Positions 6,667-13,435 of a stretch of 13,435 nucleotides of DNA are shown here, piece by piece. The DNA lies in contig JAYEJL010000078.1 of the NCBI GenBank assembly GCA_034660555.1, positions 1 through 13,435 of the forward strand. Reading direction: 5' to 3'. A model generated the notes under the pieces. It made no database searches. It worked only from the letters and a program-made list of their open reading frames with translations, and was not told the origin of the DNA. Made by a program: the position numbers and the translations under genes. How positions within the stretch are numbered: position 1 is the first letter of the stretch; the number at the start of each line of letters is the position of its first letter. The stretch is from Thermotogota bacterium (GTDB lineage: Bacteria; Thermotogota; Thermotogae; Petrotogales; Kosmotogaceae).

Positions 6667-9308
6667 TTAGTGCCCTCCTTTAGTACAAGTTTTAATGTTT
6701 TTATTTCTTTCGACTTTAATCTTGTTGAAATGCCATCATTCACAACCAAATTGCCAGTAACTGTTTCATCCAATTTGCATTCGTACGCAGATTTTATTTT
6801 AAAGCTGCTTCTAATCTTTACATAATCTGTTTCAGATCCAAGATTTACAAATCGACATATTATTCCTTCCCCATCATTTGATCTTTTTAAAGCTGTTAGT
6901 TTTGTTGTTTTTGTTTCTATAGAAAAAGGTTCAATAATATAATCCTGGTTTCCACTGGAAGATATGGCTACAGGTATACTCTGATATCGTTCATTTTCCT
7001 TTATCAGTTCTTCCATAGAAGAAAAGAAAAACAAAGAATAGTCAAAGGAATAAGTACCGTGCATCTGTCCTTCCGGTGTTTCTATTGAAGGTCCAGCATT
7101 TCGTTTCATACATGAAAGTCCATATGGAGACCCAATATGTCCAACAGATCTAAGCAATGTGAGGTCTAAACTTTCTTTGGTTTTCACAAACTCGTATATA
7201 CCTCTATTTGCTATCGCGTAACCTTCACAACTTTTTCCTTCATATAACTCTCCAAACAACCCTTGATTAGGGAAAGCTGCTGGTGGATTTTCTATCCAGT
7301 GGTCAGGTTTCTTTTCATCAAAGAACTGTTTGTTATTTTTCTTTACAAGATCGAAAGGTGTTGTATAAAAAAAATCACCTGTAAAATTTTCAGGAATAAA
7401 TTTAATAAAAACTCTATGGTTGTCACAACGATTCAAAATTCTGGTTTTAAACTCAATTCTTTTTGAATCTTTTTTTAGCATTATTCTTGTATCGATTTCA
7501 ATTTTATCAGTTTCTTTACTTCGTGCCTGTCCATTATTGTCAAGTTTTTTTGGTATTTTGAATACATATTTAAACTTCATTGTATCTAACAAATAACTCT
7601 TTTCAATTTTAAATTCCATAAGTTTATCTAGACTACTAATTTCAACATTTTTTTTGGGTATTGAACTTACATAACCATCTCCGTTGTCCCCACTATCAAC
7701 AAAATGATTTGTTATTACTGATTTCGATGTTTCCTTATTGGTTACTTTTATTTCTCCGCTTTTCAGGAGCTCAATTGTTAAATATTCATTCTGAAGCTTA
7801 TCTGTTTCTTTCACATAAGAGGCTTCTTCCATTACGTTAGAAGCTTTCAATTTTAATTTGGTGAATCCCATTCCTGATAATTTCTTTCGAACAACTGCTT
7901 CTATTTCGTATACATCAAAAATAGGTGCTGAGCTACCAAAATGATCAAGTGCCTTTGTTCTTTTTTTCATTGCAATCAATTTACTGTCAAGTATTTCTCC
8001 ATTTTCATCTTCAAAAACCAAACCTTTTTTCTGCTGATTAAACATGCTTGCTAAAACATCTGCTGTGAAATGAATATATTCATCAGTATCGACAAAACCA
8101 GGATTGTAAATGAACAAATGATCCTGAGGTTCATTTGCTGAATTTCCCGACAAATTTACTAAAGAGCGTTTCACTATACTGTCATTTATCTGAGATGCCC
8201 ATTCAAAACGAGACTGAACATCCCTGTGTACCTCATCAGTACTGCAACCACCTATACTGTCATGTGCATGGTTCTTTAAGATCAGTTTCCACGATTTATC
8301 CAGGAACGCTTCCGGATATGGCTGTCCCTTCAACCAGCTGAGAACAGCCAACGGTTCAGTCACCTTTTCAATTTCATTCATCGCCTTCCAGTTTGCCTTT
8401 TTGTTATTGTATCGTGATGACAAAACATTTGGTAATATGAAATTCATAGCCCCTCTCTTTGATTTATTTACAGATCTTAACTCGCCTTTGATTACTGGAA
8501 GCATTTTCATGTTTTTAACATATCTTGCTTTTATTTCATCTGAAAGCCTATTCAACAAAACCTGTTCATAGCTATTTTCGATGTCATTATTTTGCATATA
8601 AGCAATAATGTCTGGTATTGAAACATTCAACTTCTTATGGTCACATCCATCCATCAATAAAACCAATCCTGTTTTTGTGTTCTCCGAGAATTCCTTTTTT
8701 AACTCTAGTAGCATTTCTTTGTCAACCTTTTTGCCTTCAGGGGTTACAGAAGCGTTGCAATATCCTATGGGCTCAGGCAATCTGTATGACATCAGTTTTG
8801 AACCATCTGCGCCTACCCAAATAAATTCCCAGGGTAAATCGTCACCGGAAATGCCTCGCCATAAAAGACATGTTTCTATATCAAAACCTCTAAGTATCTG
8901 TGGTATTTGTGAATTGTGTCCAAAGCTATCAGGCAAATAACCAAGAGATTGAATGCCTCCAAATTCTTTCGCAAGAGCTTTGCCATACATTAGATTTCTT
9001 ATTATTGATTCACCATCTACAAGAAATTCATCCATCTGCACATACCAGGGACCAATTCCTAATTTATCCGACTTCACAAGGTTAATTAATTTCTCCTTAT
9101 TTTCCGGGATAATCTCTAGATAATCTTCAAGCATCATTGTTTGACCATCAAGGTTAAAACAGGTAAATTCTTTATTACTCTGCAATACATCGATGAGTTC
9201 GTTTATCATCTCCACCAATCTGAATCTGAATTTTTGAAATGGCTGGTACCACTCTCTATCCCAGTGTGTATGGGATATAACAAAGACTTTCCCCTTTTTA
9301 CTTTTCAT
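6663..9308 (-). CDS. Glycoside hydrolase family 38 alpha-mannosidase (bacterial, MngB-like)
   Basis: SHTHWDREWY (metal ligands), LDGQ, IGPWY, GYLPDSFGH (nucleophile Asp at 8930-8928), GCDH, HAHDSIGGCSTDEVH and LTLLRSVG. I prefer the ATG at 9308 (SD GAGGT 6 nt upstream) over the TTG at 9311. Confidence 0.92.
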   Translation of the reverse strand: MKSKKGKVFVISHTHWDREWYQPFQKFRFRLVEMINELIDVLQSNKEFTCFNLDGQTMMLEDYLEIIPENKEKLINLVKSDKLGIGPWYVQMDEFLVDGESIIRNLMYGKALAKEFGGIQSLGYLPDSFGHNSQIPQILRGFDIETCLLWRGISGDDLPWEFIWVGADGSKLMSYRLPEPIGYCNASVTPEGKKVDKEMLLELKKEFSENTKTGLVLLMDGCDHKKLNVSIPDIIAYMQNNDIENSYEQVLLNRLSDEIKARYVKNMKMLPVIKGELRSVNKSKRGAMNFILPNVLSSRYNNKKANWKAMNEIEKVTEPLAVLSWLKGQPYPEAFLDKSWKLILKNHAHDSIGGCSTDEVHRDVQSRFEWASQINDSIVKRSLVNLSGNSANEPQDHLFIYNPGFVDTDEYIHFTADVLASMFNQQKKGLVFEDENGEILDSKLIAMKKRTKALDHFGSSAPIFDVYEIEAVVRKKLSGMGFTKLKLKASNVMEEASYVKETDKLQNEYLTIELLKSGEIKVTNKETSKSVITNHFVDSGDNGDGYVSSIPKKNVEISSLDKLMEFKIEKSYLLDTMKFKYVFKIPKKLDNNGQARSKETDKIEIDTRIMLKKDSKRIEFKTRILNRCDNHRVFIKFIPENFTGDFFYTTPFDLVKKNNKQFFDEKKPDHWIENPPAAFPNQGLFGELYEGKSCEGYAIANRGIYEFVKTKESLDLTLLRSVGHIGSPYGLSCMKRNAGPSIETPEGQMHGTYSFDYSLFFFSSMEELIKENERYQSIPVAISSSGNQDYIIEPFSIETKTTKLTALKRSNDGEGIICRFVNLGSETDYVKIRSSFKIKSAYECKLDETVTGNLVVNDGISTRLKSKEIKTLKLVLKEGTK

Positions 9309-9317
9309 CAATGTACC

Positions 9318-10535
9318 TCACTTTCTATAAAAGCCAAAATCATAAGCACTGTCATATAGCAGCACTATTTTTTGTGGAGTAACTTCTTTTTGAACATTAT
9401 GTATTGCTGAAAATACGAAGCCACCACCAGGAGCAAAAATATCCTCACGTTTTCTAATATCATCTTTAAGTTCATCAAGGGTTCCAAAGGGGAGAATATG
9501 CTGTGTGTCGCATCCTCCACCCCAAAATGTAAGATCTTCACCAAATTTCTTTTTCAGAACCTCGGGGTCCATCCCTCTGGCATTTGTTTGAACGGGATTT
9601 AATATTTCAATTCCAGCATCGATAAAATCAGGAATGAGTTTTATTACAGAGCCGCAGGAATGCAAAAAAATTCGAACATTTTTGTTCTTGTGTTTGATAA
9701 AATCGCATAATGTCTTCATGTGGGGTTTAAACATTTCTCTGAACATCTTTGGAGATATTTGAGAATTTTCTTGAGTACCGTAATCATCACCCAAAACAAT
9801 TATGTCGAGATATTTACCTACTCTGTTTAGATATTTCTCAAGATCGTGCAAGTATTTTTCTTCCAGTTTATTGAGAAAATACTCAATTAACGTTTTATCA
9901 GTGATTATTCGCTCCATAAATTCCTGATAACCAAAGTAACCATGTCCGGCCTCTAAAAAATTCCCGCCAAAAGAACCCATGATAGCACAATCAGTGTTTT
10001 CTCTAATCTCTTTAGCTTGTACTTCTAAAAAATCAAGCTCTTCATCGTTAATATATTCATCTAAAGTTTTATCTATTTCAGCCTTTTCTTTAACTCCTGA
10101 CAGTGGAAAATAACAACCGTCAAAATAATAACCACCTTTTGGCATGGTTGCGACCACTTTATTATTATTTTTAATTATTAGAGAGCCGTCACTTTCTACT
10201 TCTGGATAAAAGTCTTTTGGTACATAATATTCCCCACCATCAGGAAACATTTGAAATCTTTTCCAACCATTTATTTTAGTACCAAAACCACCATCTAGCC
10301 TTTTTAACTCAACAACATCTCCATGAACTCTTTCTCTTATATCATTTTCAACCAAAGCTAATTGTTGATAGATATCATATATCTTTATTTCTTTGTTCAT
10401 GCAATTAAGAAACTCCTTCAGATTTTTATAGGCAATTGCATGTATTCCAGTGGAACGCATCCCGCCCAAATCTATAGGAACCCTATCAGGCTCTTTATGA
10501 TTCAGTGTGGTTAACACCCTTTCTCTTGAAGTCAT
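9318..10535 (-). CDS. UroD/MtaA-CmuA superfamily TIM-barrel protein, putative corrinoid methyltransferase (HxC type)
   Basis: 405 aa. MTSRERVLTTLNHKEPDRVPID start, GDDYGTQ, ISPKMFRE, FLHSCG, ILNPVQ, FWGGGCDTQ and GGGFVFSAIHNVQ. It lacks the HemE RQAGR motif. SD AAGGGGGG. Confidence 0.85.
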   Translation of the reverse strand: MTSRERVLTTLNHKEPDRVPIDLGGMRSTGIHAIAYKNLKEFLNCMNKEIKIYDIYQQLALVENDIRERVHGDVVELKRLDGGFGTKINGWKRFQMFPDGGEYYVPKDFYPEVESDGSLIIKNNNKVVATMPKGGYYFDGCYFPLSGVKEKAEIDKTLDEYINDEELDFLEVQAKEIRENTDCAIMGSFGGNFLEAGHGYFGYQEFMERIITDKTLIEYFLNKLEEKYLHDLEKYLNRVGKYLDIIVLGDDYGTQENSQISPKMFREMFKPHMKTLCDFIKHKNKNVRIFLHSCGSVIKLIPDFIDAGIEILNPVQTNARGMDPEVLKKKFGEDLTFWGGGCDTQHILPFGTLDELKDDIRKREDIFAPGGGFVFSAIHNVQKEVTPQKIVLLYDSAYDFGFYRK

Positions 10536-10557
10536 ATATAATTAACCCCCCTTCTAA

Positions 10558-11553
10558 CTAATAACTGCCATATTTTTCTATGGCGTTTATCATCGAGACA
10601 TAATTTTCATACGGAACCCATTCTGGTATTGTATTGCTTGAACCACAACAATAACCGCCACCCGGGGCAAGCCCTTCAATCTTCCTTTTAACTTCTATTT
10701 CTATCATCTGAGGTGTTCCTCTGGTAAGAAAACTATCCACTTCGATGTTCCCAATAATACACAACGAATCTCCAAATCTGTTTTTCAACTCAAAAATATC
10801 CATACTCAATGGTTCAACAGGATGAATCGAATTGAATCCACAATCAACCAAATCATTCAGAACATTCCAGAGACATCCATCCGAATGGTACATAAAAGGT
10901 AACTCTCTTGCATGAACAAGACTTCCGAAGTGTCTGTACCATGGAAATATTAGCTTTCGATAGTGTTCAGGTGATAGCAATGTTGATGTTTTATATGCAA
11001 TGTCATCTGAATGCCATATTGCCCCAACTCCATCTATTTGTGTAACCTTATCGATAATTTCATACATTAAAGCCCCAACACGATCAACAACTGCCTTTAC
11101 GAGAGAATAATCTTCAATCAACTTTAATGCGAATGTTTCAAATCCCATTAACATCCAGCTTTCTTCAAAAACACCTGATAATGTACCGGAGATAACCTTC
11201 ATTTTTTTAGGGAGAACCCTTACAGCATTTTCCACTGGAGTGAAGTCTACTTCATCAATTGTTGGCCAGGGAAATGTTTTGAATTCATCCCATGAAGTAA
11301 TAGCTCCAGTGTGCTCATTTACCCATTCAACTCTTTCATGAAGAGTATAGGATGGAACTATATGAGCATAATCGTAGCCTGCTCTATACCAGAACTCAAC
11401 GACATTTTCAGTATCAACAACGGCATCCTTAACTTCTCTTTTTAAAAAATCAGACATAATTTTTCTATCTATCCATAGTTCAGCTTTTGGAACGTATCTA
11501 GGTTCACCTTCCAGCATTAAAACCTTTCTTAATTGATCAAAATCCCCTCTCAT
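10558..11553 (-). CDS. UroD/MtaA-CmuA superfamily TIM-barrel protein, putative corrinoid methyltransferase (HxD type)
   Basis: 331 aa. GEPRYVP, GVFEESWMLMGFE, SDDIAYK, LSPEHYR, MYHSDG, IHPVEP, IIGNIEV and GGGYCCGSSNTIP. No RQAGR motif. ATGA overlap with the upstream gene. Confidence 0.85.
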   Translation of the reverse strand: MRGDFDQLRKVLMLEGEPRYVPKAELWIDRKIMSDFLKREVKDAVVDTENVVEFWYRAGYDYAHIVPSYTLHERVEWVNEHTGAITSWDEFKTFPWPTIDEVDFTPVENAVRVLPKKMKVISGTLSGVFEESWMLMGFETFALKLIEDYSLVKAVVDRVGALMYEIIDKVTQIDGVGAIWHSDDIAYKTSTLLSPEHYRKLIFPWYRHFGSLVHARELPFMYHSDGCLWNVLNDLVDCGFNSIHPVEPLSMDIFELKNRFGDSLCIIGNIEVDSFLTRGTPQMIEIEVKRKIEGLAPGGGYCCGSSNTIPEWVPYENYVSMINAIEKYGSY

Positions 11554-13435
11554 TGATCCACCTCTTTACTTATAGATACGATGAGATTTTGAAAAGGCTT
11601 CAGTGAAACTTTTCTACAACTCCCTTTAAAAAATACCTTCTTATTTATGTCTTCGCAAATCGAAACAATTGTGTTTCTTGAACCTGTTAATTTCAAGCTA
11701 CCCCTTTTTCCTTCATTTTCCTTTAAAAGTAATTGCGCATTTTCATCCATACAGCCATCCAAAAAGTTTACTTCAATATTTTTTGTGCTTTCAAAATCAT
11801 GAAACCTTCCGCTAGAATTCGCACTTTTACCTTTGAAAGCGTTCATTTGAAATCTGTAATCCTTTCCATAAGAAAATAGCTCATCACTTTTCTTGCCTGA
11901 AGACAATTTTACGGAGAATATGTAAGGTTTACCATTTAAATATGGACTTGCAAATCGATTTTGCATGTTTCCATTAAGTAGTCGAAAGTAAATATTTGAT
12001 GTTTCAGTCAACGTTTTTCGAAATTTAAATGGTGATGGACTGGCAACATCAAAAAGGTTTATTCCCTTAAATGATAAATTTACTGATTTTTCATCATCTG
12101 CAATTTGGATAGCATCAAGAACTGTAAGCGCATCCTTGCCACTGCCTGAAATCAAATTATTCAGGTTTTGAATCTTCCCTGGAGTAGTGTAGTTGACTTC
12201 AGGTTTCACACTGTTTATACACCATTCGTTAAAAAGGAAATCAGAAGGACCAATGTCGTAAAGATAGTCAATTTTTAATGTCAAGTATAATTCTTTACTC
12301 TTATCTGGAAGAAATAATGTTTTTTTCATTGGTGAGCGATATTTTCCTTCTATTTCAATCTCAACAAACTGGCCTACTTCTTCTTTCCTAATAATATATT
12401 TGGCTGAACCTGGCAAAAAATCTTCAATAAACATTTCGCTGCTCTTCCCCGTATACAGTTCATCATGTAACGGAGCATTATCAAGGTTGTCTATGGGATT
12501 CACCTTTTGTCTGGTGATTAAAATCTTTCCAAAGTTCTTATTTTTCTCAACCAACTCACAATTGAGCTCCAGATCGACCACTGAAATAATATTCCCAAAT
12601 CCATCCAGTTTAATCCTGTAAAAATCATTTTCAATCTTTATTTGACCTTCTTTTACCTCCGGCTTTCTGCTATCATTTTCTCGATAATCTAACGAAAAAG
12701 TTCTGTAACTGAACGGTTCAATCATCACAGGACCAAAATAAACAGTATTTCCAAAAACACCAGCAGGTACAATTTTCCCGTTATCGTTATCTGTTATAGA
12801 GACTTTTTTATTCTTAAGCTCATTACTTTCATAGCAAACAATTGAATTTCTTGAAAAAGATAGAGAGTTAATTATTACAAGATCATTTCCTTCACAAAAA
12901 ATGCGATTCCTTTCTGCTTCAATTATTTTTTCAGAATTATGATAGGCTTTATGAATCCTTCCAAACCCCTCTTTTACCGCTTCTAATATTTCAAAGGTAT
13001 CTTCAGATTTATATACTCCACCACCACCAGAATGTTCATCAAAAGATGCCAGTCTTTCAAATTCTGTCTGAATTTCTTTGGAGAGGAAATTGCTGTTGTA
13101 ACTATCAAGCATTGCTGACCCATGCAGATTAGAAAAGGTCTTTTTCGCCAGATCGTTTTCTCTTGGATAACTTAATATATTTGATGTCCACCATCCATTA
13201 AAGTTTCCTGAAATTTTTTCTAGTTTATCTCGATTCGCTTCAAGTTGCTCAAAGAATGATGTCACAGTAGAAGTCTCAATTACAGGATTATCAAATTCTT
13301 TATTCCAGCGTTCTATAAGCTCAATAGGTTTGTAAATTGGTGGGACATTATCTATAGCCATCGGTATAGCGTAGTTGTCCAAACTGAATTTTGTTTCATC
13401 AATATAATTCATTTTTTCAATAATTTCAGTTTTCA
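11550..13435 (-). CDS. Divergent GH38-like glycoside hydrolase, N-terminus outside the window
   Basis: The frame stays open past the ATG at 13412 to the window edge (..KTEIIEKMNY), and that ATG has no SD, so the gene is truncated. DNVPP, 'IERWN...STVTSFFE', GWW, FDEHSGG, VIINSLSFSR, IENDFYRI and LLLKENEG resemble the end of the GH38 catalytic, middle and beta-sandwich domains. The catalytic N-terminus is not visible. Confidence 0.6.
   Translation of the reverse strand, partial: KTEIIEKMNYIDETKFSLDNYAIPMAIDNVPPIYKPIELIERWNKEFDNPVIETSTVTSFFEQLEANRDKLEKISGNFNGWWTSNILSYPRENDLAKKTFSNLHGSAMLDSYNSNFLSKEIQTEFERLASFDEHSGGGGVYKSEDTFEILEAVKEGFGRIHKAYHNSEKIIEAERNRIFCEGNDLVIINSLSFSRNSIVCYESNELKNKKVSITDNDNGKIVPAGVFGNTVYFGPVMIEPFSYRTFSLDYRENDSRKPEVKEGQIKIENDFYRIKLDGFGNIISVVDLELNCELVEKNKNFGKILITRQKVNPIDNLDNAPLHDELYTGKSSEMFIEDFLPGSAKYIIRKEEVGQFVEIEIEGKYRSPMKKTLFLPDKSKELYLTLKIDYLYDIGPSDFLFNEWCINSVKPEVNYTTPGKIQNLNNLISGSGKDALTVLDAIQIADDEKSVNLSFKGINLFDVASPSPFKFRKTLTETSNIYFRLLNGNMQNRFASPYLNGKPYIFSVKLSSGKKSDELFSYGKDYRFQMNAFKGKSANSSGRFHDFESTKNIEVNFLDGCMDENAQLLLKENEGKRGSLKLTGSRNTIVSICEDINKKVFFKGSCRKVSLKPFQNLIVSISKEVDQ

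Noticed and set aside
10536..10560. Pyrrolysine read-through of the TAG stop fusing the two methyltransferase-like genes
   Set aside because: The 22-bp gap puts the next ATG out of frame, the downstream gene has its own SD, the TAG sits at the natural end of the fold, and these are not MttB/MtmB-type proteins.
9318..11553. Calling the UroD-fold genes hemE (heme biosynthesis)
   Set aside because: Both lack the RQAGR motif, no tetrapyrrole genes are nearby, and they have H-x-C/D motifs and a corrinoid partner.
1664..12621. Short alternative ORFs in the track (1664-2032, 3642-3848, 3951-4322, 4205-4393, 6155-6367, 7263-7466, 8135-8341, 8608-8940, 8618-8824, 8900-9085, 9141-9359, 12400-12621), all on the plus strand
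   Set aside because: All are antisense shadows of well-supported minus-strand genes and show no recognisable motifs.
13410..13412. ATG at 13412 as the true start of the rightmost gene
   Set aside because: There is no SD, the frame is open to the window edge, and the protein would begin mid-domain.
1..13435. CRISPR arrays, tRNA/rRNA genes, transposases, and a taxonomic assignment (Thermotogota-like impression)
   Set aside because: No spaced direct repeats, RNA-gene signatures or mobile-element ORFs were seen. Taxonomy cannot be supported without a search.

Overview
Low-GC bacterial DNA (roughly one-third GC by eye) with every real gene on the minus strand, in three units. (1) From the right edge: a tightly coupled operon of a 5'-truncated divergent GH38-like glycosidase, two UroD/MtaA-fold methyltransferase-like proteins, a GH38 alpha-mannosidase and a stand-alone cobalamin-binding corrinoid protein. 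(2) After a 369-bp spacer with nested inverted repeats: an MFS-MATE-MFS-ltaE operon. (3) An ATP-grasp gene, missing from the ORF track, which has its own sigma70-type promoter and runs off the left edge. The most interesting feature is unit 1, where glycoside hydrolases are interleaved with corrinoid methyl-transfer components. I infer an anaerobic, B12-dependent system for hydrolysing and O-demethylating methylated sugars. Family calls rest on motif recognition only; no searches were run.
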